Shown here: positions 1-10,145 of the stretch, one piece after another
Position numbering within the stretch: the stretch's first letter is position 1
How the letters are laid out: the number at the start of each line of letters is the position of its first letter
DNA from: a virus
Taxonomy: Duplodnaviria; Caudoviricetes
Length of the DNA stretch: 64,000 bases
Strand: one strand, 5' to 3'
Virus record (IMG/VR): IMGVR_UViG_3300049192_000016
Location: 26,666-90,665 of that record
The notes under the pieces: generated by a model
Database searches by the model: none
The model's input: only the letters and a program-made list of their open reading frames with translations
What the model was told of the DNA's origin: nothing
Translations under genes and position numbers: made by a program

Positions 1-321
1 GACAAGAAAATCAAAATTAAGTTGTTGAAGAAGGCTCACAGTAGAATTAAAAACCACTTAAGTTATTATATATGTTTTGCATTGACAGCTTCTGAGGAAA
101 GTATTTTGGAATATTTAGCTTCTAGAAGTTTGAAGTGTTACATTTTAAAACAGCTTAAAGGTTTTTCTACTTTAGAATCGTGGCAAGATAAAAAAAGAGT
201 TTACAAAAATGAATGGCAAGTCCGCAAAGACCGCTGCAATTGGATTAAATGGATGATTTCATGTCTGGAAGAGGACATCGTTTCTCTCAACGAGAAACTG
301 TTGAAAGGGAAATTGAAATAA
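1..321 (+). CDS. hypothetical protein, 5' end outside window
   Basis: Frame is open from base 1 to TAA at 319-321; the TAATG overlap couples it to the next gene. Confidence 0.6.
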   Translation, partial: DKKIKIKLLKKAHSRIKNHLSYYICFALTASEESILEYLASRSLKCYILKQLKGFSTLESWQDKKRVYKNEWQVRKDRCNWIKWMISCLEEDIVSLNEKLLKGKLK

Positions 322-551
322 TGGATGACACATGGACTAAACATTTAGCAGATATTCTGAAACAACGTCAAAACGAAGCTCGTTTGTTTTATCTATGCAA
401 GAAATTCATTCGTGACAACGACATTCATTGTGTTGAAACTATTTCTCAAACAGATCATGTAATCACAAACGCTTATGATTTTATTGCGGACATTTGTGAT
501 ATTGTGGGGTTCGCATCTAGTGATGCTTCCTCTGACGAGGATTCAGAATGA
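321..551 (+). CDS. hypothetical phage protein
   Basis: ATG at 321 overlaps the upstream stop; acidic C-terminal tail. Confidence 0.65.
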   Translation: MDDTWTKHLADILKQRQNEARLFYLCKKFIRDNDIHCVETISQTDHVITNAYDFIADICDIVGFASSDASSDEDSE

Positions 552-715
552 AATGCCCTGAATGCTCTGCACAAATGTACCATTCCGATGGTTGGGAAGA
601 ATATTAGGATGGTGAAGTGGAAGAAGGAGGCTATTGGGCGCAATGGGACTGCTTAATGTGCCATCACACTGTGCATAATTACGAAGTCAATTATGAAGAC
701 CCGGAGGAAGAATAA
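548..715 (+). pseudogene. small Zn-ribbon (CPEC...CLMC) ORF with one in-frame TAG at 605-607
   Basis: MKCPECSAQMYHSDGWEEY*DGEVEEGGYWAQWDCLMCHH...; overlaps both neighbours (ATGA and TAATG). Confidence 0.55.
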
Positions 716-1050
716 TGATTCGCACTGAAACTGAAAACACTAGCGATGTACCAGATTGTGGCAGTTTGGTGGTACATGTTCATATCACAGATCATGCAGA
801 TACCCGCATTAAAGAACGTTTAGGACTTCCGAAATCGGCTAGACAGAAAGCAGCCGAAAAAGCTTATGCTGAAGGTAAGCAACATTCAGAGACTAAAGGT
901 AAGTTGCATCGTTATCTTGATGGGCTTTGGTTGCAAAAAGGTAATGCAAACAAAATGCGATTATATTCCAACCACGTATGGATGTTCAATGACAACACGT
1001 TAATAACTGTGTGGGAAATTCCAAAGAATTTACAAAAAGGTATAAGATGA
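715..1050 (+). CDS. hypothetical protein, possible BECR/DUF4258-like RNase fold
   Basis: HADTRIKERLG...LITV pattern; GGAGG RBS upstream. Confidence 0.45.
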   Translation: MIRTETENTSDVPDCGSLVVHVHITDHADTRIKERLGLPKSARQKAAEKAYAEGKQHSETKGKLHRYLDGLWLQKGNANKMRLYSNHVWMFNDNTLITVWEIPKNLQKGIR

Positions 1051-1084
1051 AACAGATTGAGAACGAAGTGAACAATATGAACAA

Positions 1085-1288
1085 TTGGAGGAACGACAAT
1101 TGAAACTAAAGTCAGCCGTAACAACGTATGAAATTTCTCTTGAAGAATTGAAAGAGCATTTTGCAGAGCAATTGAAAGTGGATAAGAGTAAGATTTATAT
1201 TGAGGATCGAAAGGTTTCTCAAGGGTATGGTACTAATGAATATTCATCGTTTGGTGGATTGAAAATCACGGTACGTGATAACCTGTGA
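1085..1288 (+). CDS. hypothetical protein (start uncertain)
   Basis: ORF within the tightly packed array. Confidence 0.5.
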   Translation: MEERQLKLKSAVTTYEISLEELKEHFAEQLKVDKSKIYIEDRKVSQGYGTNEYSSFGGLKITVRDNL

Positions 1289-1758
1289 GGGATTTGTAAT
1301 GTATTGGTCCCACTTTAAATGGGTGTCAAACGAACATGACAGATTTCCCGGCGACAAGCTTATTGAAATGCTTGTAAGTTATGACAGCAATGGTGTTTTC
1401 ACTATTTGGGAGATGAGGAAATATGACTAAATACAACGCAGAAATGGCACAGTTGTTCTCAGAACTCCTTGCTAAAACAGTGGAGCGTTATACAGAATAT
1501 TGCTATAGTGACAAATCAGAAGACAGCCTTCAGTGTATTTTAGAAGATGCTTATGAAGATTACTACAAGATTTGGGAGGATTTCACTCGTGACTGAAGAA
1601 TACGACGAATCATATGAGTATCAAACACTAATGAAATTCTACAACGTTTCAACAGAAGTTGAGTTGATAAAAGCTATGGAAAACCACATTGCCAGATTGC
1701 AAGAAAAGCTTCGTCCGTTGCATGTGACGTTTACTCCTCTTCGTTCTAGGATTGGTTG

Positions 1759-2139
1759 ATGAAACAATATCCAATGTCCATGACAATCAGTAACATGGTT
1801 TGGCAGACAGAGCGTGCCAAGGATGCATATAATCACTATCAGAAGCTTGCCGAAGCTATGAAGACGGACAACGACAAGATTGCTCGCCTGCGCTCTCACG
1901 AATGTATCTCATGCTATTACACAGGAAAGATTGGTGGTCGTATTGGTGGCTCTGCTATGACACACAAAGCTTGTATGTGCTGCGGACAAGATCAATTGTA
2001 TAGCTCAACGAACACTGATGCTCTGTGCATGACCTGTGCTCAAAAGTGTGATTTGTGCAAGCACTGTGGCGGGGACGTACAAATGCGTGTTCGTAGGAAA
2101 GAATGGCCGAAGTCTGACGCACAGCAACAAAAGTCTTGA
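1759..2139 (+). CDS. Cys-rich multi-Zn-finger hypothetical protein
   Basis: CISC, CMCC, CMTC, CDLCKHC motifs. Confidence 0.65.
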   Translation: MKQYPMSMTISNMVWQTERAKDAYNHYQKLAEAMKTDNDKIARLRSHECISCYYTGKIGGRIGGSAMTHKACMCCGQDQLYSSTNTDALCMTCAQKCDLCKHCGGDVQMRVRRKEWPKSDAQQQKS

Positions 2140-2235
2140 TATCACACTCTCCACAGCTTGTCTGTAGGACTACTCCTATTCTATAAGTAGTCCTCCTCCT
2201 TTCTTCCGCAACGCACAAATTCTTTGTGAAATGTG

Positions 2236-2264
2236 TTGACACGCCTGTTCTCCTTGTTTAAGAT
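2236..2264 (+). promoter_or_regulatory. sigma70-type promoter
   Basis: TTGACA-N17-TAAGAT in an intergenic region. Confidence 0.8.
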
Positions 2265-2360
2265 ACACACATGACGACAACACAACGTTGTCAAAAGCTT
2301 CCCAAACAACGAAGCTTACATTTAATGTGTTTCCTAACCAATGAAATCAAGGAGTTTACC

Positions 2361-2894
2361 ATGCAAGCACTGTTGCCACGATTCAACCCTCAAGCTAATA
2401 ATGCTGTTGTGTTCATCACTGACACGGAAGACAAGGGGCCTAAGAAAGAACTGCAAGCTTGGTTCCCTAACGGCGATGGTATCCGCGTTGTGCCTATCGA
2501 ATTCTATAAGTCCACGCTGCAATTGAATGAAGAAGAAACCAAGCAAGTTGTGGACGACTACGCTAAACACAACAATGCTGTCGCGTATTGCATTCGACAT
2601 CGTTTACCCTACAGCAAGAGCAAAAACATTCCTCAGCGCTTGCAGGAACAAGCGGCAAATGAAGCACAGCATAAGCCTGTAGAGCAAGTGCGTCAAGAAA
2701 CACAAGTGGTTGAGAACATCAACGTTAAACCTCTGTCTGCACGTCAGAAAGCAGCACGTCAGCGCTATCAAGAGGATTTGGTGAAAAGTTCGATGAAAGA
2801 CGTTAAATCCGCCTCTCCAGAAGACAAGAAGCGAGCAGCAGAAGAACTGGCAGCGAAGATTGCACAGATGTTGCTGACGACACTTGAAGATTGA
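2361..2894 (+). CDS. hypothetical protein
   Basis: AAGGAG RBS before ATG 2361; bracketed by a promoter and a terminator. Confidence 0.7.
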   Translation: MQALLPRFNPQANNAVVFITDTEDKGPKKELQAWFPNGDGIRVVPIEFYKSTLQLNEEETKQVVDDYAKHNNAVAYCIRHRLPYSKSKNIPQRLQEQAANEAQHKPVEQVRQETQVVENINVKPLSARQKAARQRYQEDLVKSSMKDVKSASPEDKKRAAEELAAKIAQMLLTTLED

Positions 2895-2913
2895 TTCTAT
2901 GAGACACAACACA

Positions 2914-2937
2914 GAGCCTCCTTCGGGAGGCTTTTTG
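2914..2937 (+). terminator. rho-independent terminator
   Basis: AGCCTCC-TTCG-GGAGGCT followed by a T tract. Confidence 0.85.
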
Positions 2938-2982
2938 CTTTGGAGAAGAATTTTCTTGCATATTAGAGCAAGCTAGCTTACA

Positions 2983-3204
2983 ATGGCTCACATGAACACA
3001 GCAAAACAAACGGAGGAAGAAATGAGTACCCCATACCAATTCGCAATTAATAACACCAAAGCATATATCCGTGGTGAGCTAAACCAATACAACATTGGAC
3101 GTATGAACGGTACGGCTGTAGATATATTTCAAGCTGCGAAGATTTTGGCAATTGCGTTTGTAAAAGATGAAGATGACATTGTTGCTGATCTTCTGAAAGA
3201 TTGA
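2983..3204 (+). CDS. hypothetical protein
   Basis: ORF in array; likely start at the internal ATG after GGAGG. Confidence 0.55.
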   Translation: MAHMNTAKQTEEEMSTPYQFAINNTKAYIRGELNQYNIGRMNGTAVDIFQAAKILAIAFVKDEDDIVADLLKD

Positions 3205-3377
3205 CATGACCTTTCCAATACGAAACATCGGCAACATCAACCATCCGATACACGGGCTCTGGTACATCTACTACAACACAGAAACGTTCCAATACGCTGC
3301 CAGCAGGGAAATGGTAGCTCCTGTAAATGATTGGCATTATTCGTTGATTGCATTATTTTTGAAGAAGGGACTGTGAA

Positions 3378-3578
3378 ATGAGCCTAACACAAGATGAACG
3401 CATGTGGTTTGCCAAACGTGATGATTTACATGAAACTGAAAAGGAAATCATCGAAGACACTCTGACAGAATTTGAGAACATGTTGTGGCTCTCAGGACGA
3501 CCTGTTCCGGGGGATGATAGGATAGCTGCTTTGGAAGCTGCGATGATTAAATATATCATTACGAGTAAGGAGAAATAA
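3378..3578 (+). CDS. hypothetical protein
   Basis: ORF with RBS in array. Confidence 0.55.
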   Translation: MSLTQDERMWFAKRDDLHETEKEIIEDTLTEFENMLWLSGRPVPGDDRIAALEAAMIKYIITSKEK

Positions 3579-3580
3579 TC

Positions 3581-3778
3581 GTGGCAGATATATCGAAGTG
3601 TCAAGGCACAGGCTGCCCACTAAAACACTCCTGCTATCGCTTCACAGCAGCGCCTAAACCGTTCTGGCAGAGTTATCTTAGGAATGTGCCTGTGAAATGG
3701 AAAGTGAACACAGGAAGCCAATCTATTGTACCGGAATGTGAATATTTTTGGAATAACGTTGAGGAGGAAGGGAAATGA
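3581..3778 (+). CDS. small Cys-containing hypothetical protein
   Basis: DISKCQGTGCPLKHSCYRF motif; AGGAG RBS. Confidence 0.6.
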   Translation: MADISKCQGTGCPLKHSCYRFTAAPKPFWQSYLRNVPVKWKVNTGSQSIVPECEYFWNNVEEEGK

Positions 3779-4008
3779 AACACAATACACCGGGAATCAC
3801 TCTTGAACAATTCATCGCTCTTAAACCTCGTGAGCTTCGTTTAGGTCAGTTCTTCGTGAACACCTACTGCAAGCCTGTTAAGAACCATTGGGAAGGTTGG
3901 GTACACGAGATGTACGAAGCTGACGGAGCCAAAGCTAAACGAATGATTACTCAATTGATGGTACAATGGCAATGGGACACGTTGCCTGAGATTGGAGATG
4001 AGAAATGA
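3775..4008 (+). CDS. hypothetical protein
   Basis: ATGA overlaps at both ends. Confidence 0.6.
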   Translation: MKHNTPGITLEQFIALKPRELRLGQFFVNTYCKPVKNHWEGWVHEMYEADGAKAKRMITQLMVQWQWDTLPEIGDEK

Positions 4009-4322
4009 ACATCGATATCGAACACATCGCAAGCAGTATCGCTTTTGAGGCTGTACCGCTCTATCCTAAGTCTGCTGAAGACGTGAATAAATACGAGGAA
4101 AACAGAGCTTTCACTATGTACTCCTACGAACGTTTCAGCAGCCTCATCATCCAAGGAATTGCACAAGAAATGCTTTCACAAGGACGTTCTGTGGACGATG
4201 TTAAGTGGGTGTTGCAGAGTAAGCACATTCGTTGGGGATTGGACAGTATGGAAGATCAGTTTATTGAGCTTGGCAAAGAGTTTGCTCGTAAGCAAGGTTT
4301 TAAGGAGCTTGTGTGCAAATGA
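4005..4322 (+). CDS. hypothetical protein
   Basis: ATGA overlaps; GGAG RBS. Confidence 0.65.
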   Translation: MNIDIEHIASSIAFEAVPLYPKSAEDVNKYEENRAFTMYSYERFSSLIIQGIAQEMLSQGRSVDDVKWVLQSKHIRWGLDSMEDQFIELGKEFARKQGFKELVCK

Positions 4323-4753
4323 CTCAATACATCATTAAATGCTCCAATGCATCCAAAAAGCGCAACCAACGAGGTTCTGTAAGCGTCTATTCTCCCGATG
4401 GTTCTACATTACTTGCGAGGGTATATGCTGACGTATCAAACTTGTACAAGTTCATTTGCAAGAATCATTGCTCCGCTCGGACAAGTCTAGTACAACAGCT
4501 TATGGGGAAAGGAATTTCGCAGAAGGATATACAAGAGATTCTGTCAGATAATCTTACGAAGAAACCTTCGCTGTTCGATATGCTGACGTTCCGCCCAAGC
4601 TTGGTAGAGATGCAATTTGGTAAAGAGCCTTGTTTGCTGGATGTGTTGAAAGAATACTATTACAAGAATGGATTCTCTGCACAACAGACGGCAATGATTG
4701 TTGACCAGTATGTTGCTCAACTGGAAAGCTACAGTAAGCAAAATAAGCCTTGA
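4319..4753 (+). CDS. hypothetical protein
   Basis: ATGA overlap with the upstream gene. Confidence 0.6.
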   Translation: MTQYIIKCSNASKKRNQRGSVSVYSPDGSTLLARVYADVSNLYKFICKNHCSARTSLVQQLMGKGISQKDIQEILSDNLTKKPSLFDMLTFRPSLVEMQFGKEPCLLDVLKEYYYKNGFSAQQTAMIVDQYVAQLESYSKQNKP

Positions 4754-4995
4754 CACAAGCTGAAATAAGCACTATTCTAGATGCATTGGACAACACGTTG
4801 AAGGAGAAGGAAATGGAAAACTATCCTGTTAGAGGCTTTAAAAATCTTATTGGAGAAACTATCAAAAAGATTAATAGTAAAGCAATTAATGTTATAGAGG
4901 TTGAATGTGTTTCTGGAAAAATATTTGAGATTGACTGTGACGAGCAACACTATCAAATTGGTATAATTCGTTGCACTGAAAAAGTGGAGAGATAA
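4750..4995 (+). CDS. hypothetical protein
   Basis: ORF in array, TTG start overlapping a stop. Confidence 0.45.
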   Translation: MTQAEISTILDALDNTLKEKEMENYPVRGFKNLIGETIKKINSKAINVIEVECVSGKIFEIDCDEQHYQIGIIRCTEKVER

Positions 4996-5283
4996 ATGTC
5001 CTTTCCCATCATCACAGAATTCTACGACAGCAGCCGGAACAGAAACATTGTAAAAACTAACAGAGCATCTAATGCTAACAGGGCTGTGGAAAACGCTCTA
5101 AAGTTCATCGCTTGCAACGTTTATGGAGCCAGCTACGCACAAGTGTTTGACTCTGAGACAGCGGAAGTGCATGCAGAAATCATCCTGCGTAAGAATGGTA
5201 AAATCGAAATTACGTATTTACGGAATGCACGGGATTTCGAAACGAGAATTCGTGCTGATGTTTGGTTGGCTAATGAAATTTAA
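4996..5283 (+). CDS. hypothetical phage protein
   Basis: GGAGA RBS; ORF in array. Confidence 0.65.
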   Translation: MSFPIITEFYDSSRNRNIVKTNRASNANRAVENALKFIACNVYGASYAQVFDSETAEVHAEIILRKNGKIEITYLRNARDFETRIRADVWLANEI

Positions 5284-5295
5284 GGAGAAATAATC

Positions 5296-5520
5296 ATGCA
5301 TATTCAACCAGTGGTTCAAACTTATGATGTTGTTCTAACTAGCGCAGAACTCCGACTAATTGCTTACGGGCTAGAACTTCATGCAGCAAATGCCGGTACT
5401 GTTCCATATAAAGTAGCAGCGTGCTTAAAAATGGCAGAAAAGTTTAACAATGCTCTGAAGAAAACTGCAAATAAACCTGTTAAAAAGGAAGCTGAAAGCA
5501 CGGCTGAAAGCACATCATGA
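5296..5520 (+). CDS. hypothetical protein
   Basis: AAGGAG RBS. Confidence 0.65.
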   Translation: MHIQPVVQTYDVVLTSAELRLIAYGLELHAANAGTVPYKVAACLKMAEKFNNALKKTANKPVKKEAESTAESTS

Positions 5521-5903
5521 CACGAATAAACGTAGTGCCTGTAGAAACACTCCATCGTGCTCACCTCGTGGCCGAACATAGGGAACTTCCACGAGTGTTC
5601 GGCCTAGCATACAAAGCTTCACAGAGCAACAAGCCGTGGACGGACAAGCAGCCATCAACCTATAAGCTCGGAGAATTTCATGTAATTTTCTTCTACGACA
5701 AGCTTAAATGGCTCTCTGACAGACACAAGCAACTCACTGCCGAAATGCTCTCACGCGGATACAAACCAAGCTTCACAAGTTGTCTGCAAGACGAATGGCA
5801 AGACAAAATTCCAGCAAGCTATTGGAAGGATTATGTTCCTACGGAAGAAGCTGTTAAAATCAATATGCAACGTATTAACGAACGTTTGGAGAATATGAAA
5901 TGA
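5517..5903 (+). CDS. denV: pyrimidine dimer DNA glycosylase / endonuclease V
   Basis: MTRIN...HLVAEHRELPRVF matches T4 DenV, with T2, R3, R22, E23 and R26 at the same positions; GxxHVxFFYDKL motif. Confidence 0.93.
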   Translation: MTRINVVPVETLHRAHLVAEHRELPRVFGLAYKASQSNKPWTDKQPSTYKLGEFHVIFFYDKLKWLSDRHKQLTAEMLSRGYKPSFTSCLQDEWQDKIPASYWKDYVPTEEAVKINMQRINERLENMK

Positions 5904-6109
5904 AGAAAACTATCTACTGGATATTCTTTGTACCACTAGGGTTCATATTTTGCATTGCATGTATTATGGAAGGAATTGGATATACATTGCAAGAAGTTAT
6001 CCACAAATGGGAAGAATGGGCTTTGGATTATAAGACACGATTCCCGCATATGCGTTATAAGGGTGAAGGGATTTGGAGTAGTGTTCCTGATAAGGAGGGT
6101 GTAAAATGA
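5900..6109 (+). CDS. small membrane protein
   Basis: N-terminal hydrophobic helix. Confidence 0.55.
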   Translation: MKKTIYWIFFVPLGFIFCIACIMEGIGYTLQEVIHKWEEWALDYKTRFPHMRYKGEGIWSSVPDKEGVK

Positions 6110-6351
6110 CAAAAGTGATTGTGGAACATGCTGAATCAGAGCCACCAGAGGATATTTTCTTTCAAGGGAATATTGTTGTCAGCAACGATGAAGACAAATG
6201 GATTGTTTTGGTAACATGGAACATAAATGAAGAAAGGTTCAATGGTGTAATCCTATATACAACCGGAAGAGTTAAGTCAGGTGATTATGAAACAGGGTAT
6301 AGCAAATCCTGCTTCAAACAATTCCACGGTAAAATTATTCTGGAAAGCTGA
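6106..6351 (+). CDS. hypothetical protein
   Basis: GGAGG RBS; ATGA overlap. Confidence 0.6.
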   Translation: MTKVIVEHAESEPPEDIFFQGNIVVSNDEDKWIVLVTWNINEERFNGVILYTTGRVKSGDYETGYSKSCFKQFHGKIILES

Positions 6352-6353
6352 TA

Positions 6354-6542
6354 ATGAACTTCCCCAAACAACTCTCCGAAGAACAAATTGAAGATGTACT
6401 TTCGGCATATTGGTTTATGTTGCTGGAGTGTCAGGATAAAGCTTCAGATGATGTTCTTCTTCAAATGTTTATTTCTAAGTATTTCAAAGTGTGGAATGAT
6501 GTAACAGGACAAGAACATTTACCTAAATGGGAGAAGAAATGA
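6354..6542 (+). CDS. hypothetical protein
   Basis: ORF in array. Confidence 0.55.
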   Translation: MNFPKQLSEEQIEDVLSAYWFMLLECQDKASDDVLLQMFISKYFKVWNDVTGQEHLPKWEKK

Positions 6543-6779
6543 AATACATTTTGATTATGGTGATTAAATCATCAAGTGGTGCAATATGCCCTTTTCAGCA
6601 AGAATTTAATTCTAAAGAAGCGGCAATGAGTGTTTGGAATTATTTTAAAGAACAGTCTCTTAGTGTCCTAGGAGGTGTCTTTTCTAAAGGAGAGGAACAA
6701 CAATGATCTTCCCTTTCAAAGATTTCATTATATGGAGTTGGATTTGGGATAAAGCTGTGAAGATTGTTTGGAGGAAGAA

Positions 6780-6941
6780 ATGAAATTACAAAAAGAATTG
6801 AGGGATTATTCCTTTGACGAGTTAGTTCAATACTGTCAAGCGCGAATTCTTATATCTATTCCTGTGGGAAAATTCAATGATGAGGTTTGACGTGCTATGG
6901 ATTTGGTTTTAATGTGGAAAGTTGAAAAGGATAAGAAATGA
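6780..6941 (+). pseudogene. small ORF with one in-frame TGA at 6888-6890
   Basis: MKLQKELRDY...KFNDEV*RAMDLVLMWKVEKDKK*; GGAGG RBS; ATGA overlaps at both ends. Confidence 0.5.
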
Positions 6942-7410
6942 CTGCCAAGACGAATGTAATGAGTATTGGAGGAACGCAGTGACTATTACACAAACACAAA
7001 TGAACATTATTCTTGGAATGGCTAAGGACATTCGGGACGATGCTGTTTATGTACAAGAGACATACAAAGATTTCGAAATTAGCCAATGGCACAAGGAATT
7101 GTACAGGCAAGCAAAAGAAGGATTAGATTTTTCTCAACGTCGCTTGCAGGTTTATTTGGAAGGGCTTGTGGAATGAAAGATTTCCTATACAAACTTTCTG
7201 TCTCTGTTGCCTCATGGAGTGTTGTTGTTATTCTGATGGTAACTGGATTAGATAAGTGGCTTGTTAATACGATTAAAGGATTGTGATGACATACAACTAT
7301 CTCGACGCATTATTTGAAAACCATGAAATGTTCCTTGCTGGAATTATTTCGTTTGAGGAATACATGATGTATGAAACTATTTTGAATTATGAAACGGAGA
7401 GGATTGTTGT

Positions 7411-7659
7411 ATGACAAGCATCGACACAAACAGTGATTTATTCATTGTTATGAGACAACTGCAAGAAAAGTCACTCCTCACATATCCCACTGTATTTATG
7501 CGCAACATTGTTGAAATGACAGCAGAACAGAGGATGAGATTATTGCAAAGAAACAATCACTTGACATGCCCGCGAGCAAAGACTAAATTACCAATGACAC
7601 ACATTCTTGGAGACAATAATGAAAATAGCAACATATTACCTTGCAGCAATTCTGGCTAA
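7411..7659 (+). CDS. hypothetical protein
   Basis: GGAGAGG RBS. Confidence 0.5.
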   Translation: MTSIDTNSDLFIVMRQLQEKSLLTYPTVFMRNIVEMTAEQRMRLLQRNNHLTCPRAKTKLPMTHILGDNNENSNILPCSNSG

Positions 7660-7873
7660 CTATGTAATTCTTTGTGCTTTGATGGGCCAGCCATTGTGGG
7701 AGGGGCCTCTGACGCGTATGCAGCCTCCACAAGACGTTTCAATGCTTGAGGCTAGGTCGTATCAGGTAGGGGAGTCCCAAGTTACAGTTGCGAGGGCCAA
7801 AGGTGCTGATGGGCAATGGAAGACGTGTAAGCTGGTGAGTAATGCGGGTGGTGCGGAGATGGTGTGCAAGTAA
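7607..7873 (+). CDS. hypothetical membrane-anchored or secreted protein
   Basis: Hydrophobic N-terminal segment; start may be a few codons downstream. Confidence 0.5.
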   Translation: METIMKIATYYLAAILANYVILCALMGQPLWEGPLTRMQPPQDVSMLEARSYQVGESQVTVARAKGADGQWKTCKLVSNAGGAEMVCK

Positions 7874-8126
7874 ATGCAAAAAATGTAAAATAAATCAATG
7901 GGACAGCAACTGGCATCATTCGCCACTCAGGCAATTTAGCAGAGCAGCGGTTGGATTGCTTGGAATGATGACTTGCGTAAGACTCCACCATATGAATGTT
8001 CCCAAGAGCGTTCTTACAAGAATTCTCTTGAAAGCAAGAACAAAATGTAGTAAGCTGTGCTTGTGGATTTTCCATACAATTAGTTTTACAAGTAAAACCA
8101 TTTCCCTCTAAAACAGGAGTAGTAAA

Positions 8127-10130
8127 ATGTCTGATTTTAAGCCGTTCTCCCAAGCTGTACACAAGCAATATTCCGAAATGTCCAAACACGAATTGTTTGT
8201 TGTTGATATCTCTGGTGATGATTTGTGGGCTGCATATCTCGCAGCTTTCCCTGAAGGCACCAATCCAATTTATCGTGAACGTACGGAGCATGATTGTTCT
8301 TGCTGCCGTAATTTCATCAAGAATATTGGTAATGTTGTCTGCATCCAAGATGGTTTTGTTTCCACCGTGTGGGATCATGTACACACTGACAACGAATATG
8401 AAGTAGTTGCTAACCGACTTGGTGAAATGGTTTCTGGTGCAAAGATTAAAGGATTGTTCCGCTCCAAAGAACGTTCCTACGGTGCTGAAACGTCTGTAGA
8501 ATTGTTGGCAGACAAAACCACTAAGACTTGGAATCACTTCCATGGTAAAGTGAGTAACAAACATTACAATGAGCAAGCTGCAACGATTATTGGCGACTAT
8601 AACACCACTGTCAGTGTATTCAAACGTGGCTTGGAAGAACTAAAGCCTGATGCTTTTGCAACAGTGATGGATTTGATTAGTTCCAACAATTTGTACAAAG
8701 GGAATGATTTTGTCAATTCCATTGCCGCATTCCAAAAAGCACAAAAAGTATATTTGGCACTGGAAGGTAAAGAGCGTGATGTTCACTTGTGGACAAATGC
8801 AATGCTTCCTGCTGCACGTTTCCGCAACACGGCGATTGGCTCTCTGCTGGTGGACCTGTCCGATGGCATGGATTTGGAAGCTGCTGTAAAGAGTTATGAA
8901 CAGAAAGTTGCTCCAACTAACTACAAGCGTCCTAACGCATTGATTACACAGAAGATGGTGGATGATGCGATGAAAACTATCAATGAGCTTGGCTTGGAGC
9001 CAGCATTGGAGCGGCGCTTTGCCACTATTGAAGATGTTTCTGTCAATGACATTCTGTTTGTGGATAATGCTGTACGTGGGAAGATGAAGGGCGGGGTAGC
9101 CGATATTCTGTCCTCATCCGTTACACCACAAGCAATCAAAGAAGATAAAGCACAAGAAATTTCTGTTGATGATTTCCTGTCGAATGTTGTGCCATCTGCA
9201 AAGAGCATGGCTGTGATGGTGAAGAACACTCATCAAAGTAACTTTGTCAGCTTGACGGCTCCTGTACATGATGGTGTAGAGCCTATTTTCAAGTGGGATA
9301 ATAATTTCTCTTGGAGCTATGACGGGAATGTTACAGATTCGATTAAAGAGCGTGTGAAGGCTCAAGGCGGGATTACCGATGCTGTGATGCGTGTATCTCT
9401 GGCATGGTATAACAAAGATGACTTGGATTTGCATGTTATTGAACCAAATGGGTTTGAGATTGCTTTCCCGAACAAAGGATGTCGTTCCAAGAATTCTGGT
9501 ATGCTTGATGTGGATATGAATGCATATGGTCCACACAGCGATACAGAGCCAGTTGAGAATGTTGTTTGGACTCGCCCGATGGATGGACAATACCGCGTTG
9601 TTGTCAATAATTACAACAAACGTACTACAGAACGGCAGGGATTTACCATTGAGGTAGAAAGCAATGGCAGCTTGCACCAATACACTTGCAAGTCTTCTCC
9701 TCGTAGTGGTCAAGATAATAATGCATTGGTGTTGCATGTTAAAAATGGTTCTGTAGTAAAGATTGAAGCAAGCGCTGGTGTAGAAGGTGGAGGCTTCTCA
9801 CAAGAGAAATGGGGCATTGAAACAGAGAAATTCACTCGTGTGGATACGCTGATGTTGTCTCCTAATCATTGGGGAGAGAACAAAGTAGGGGCAAAGCATA
9901 CAATCTTTGTGTTGGATGGCTGCAACAATCCTGTCCCTACTCGCGGGATTTATAATGAATTCCTGAAGCCAGAGCTTGAGAAGCATCGTAAAGTGTTTGA
10001 GGTATTGGGCCAAAAAACTATGTGCCAGCCTACAGAGCGTCAGTTGTCAGGTGTTGGATTCTCCGCTTCGCGTAATGATAGTGTTGTTGTAAAAGTGAAT
10101 GACCAAAAGTTGTACAATGTGAAATTTTAA
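8127..10130 (+). CDS. 667-aa conserved phage protein of unknown function with a YfaP/DUF2135-like segment
   Basis: Long ORF with AGGAG RBS; HDCSCC motif; VSLAW...DDLDLHVIEP...LDVDMN...PVENVVW segment. Confidence 0.75.
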   Translation: MSDFKPFSQAVHKQYSEMSKHELFVVDISGDDLWAAYLAAFPEGTNPIYRERTEHDCSCCRNFIKNIGNVVCIQDGFVSTVWDHVHTDNEYEVVANRLGEMVSGAKIKGLFRSKERSYGAETSVELLADKTTKTWNHFHGKVSNKHYNEQAATIIGDYNTTVSVFKRGLEELKPDAFATVMDLISSNNLYKGNDFVNSIAAFQKAQKVYLALEGKERDVHLWTNAMLPAARFRNTAIGSLLVDLSDGMDLEAAVKSYEQKVAPTNYKRPNALITQKMVDDAMKTINELGLEPALERRFATIEDVSVNDILFVDNAVRGKMKGGVADILSSSVTPQAIKEDKAQEISVDDFLSNVVPSAKSMAVMVKNTHQSNFVSLTAPVHDGVEPIFKWDNNFSWSYDGNVTDSIKERVKAQGGITDAVMRVSLAWYNKDDLDLHVIEPNGFEIAFPNKGCRSKNSGMLDVDMNAYGPHSDTEPVENVVWTRPMDGQYRVVVNNYNKRTTERQGFTIEVESNGSLHQYTCKSSPRSGQDNNALVLHVKNGSVVKIEASAGVEGGGFSQEKWGIETEKFTRVDTLMLSPNHWGENKVGAKHTIFVLDGCNNPVPTRGIYNEFLKPELEKHRKVFEVLGQKTMCQPTERQLSGVGFSASRNDSVVVKVNDQKLYNVKF

Positions 10131-10145
10131 TTAAGGAGAAACAAA

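Noticed and set aside
5997-6005. Third perfect TTATCCACA
   Set aside because: Isolated and inside a CDS. Roughly one chance occurrence is expected in 64 kb at this composition.
548-6941. Genome-wide stop-codon reassignment suggested by two in-frame stops
   Set aside because: All conserved genes are intact in the standard code. TAG ends normal genes (17319-21, 44530-32) and TGA ends many. No CTA or TCA suppressor anticodon is present; the TAG anticodon reads CUA (Leu).
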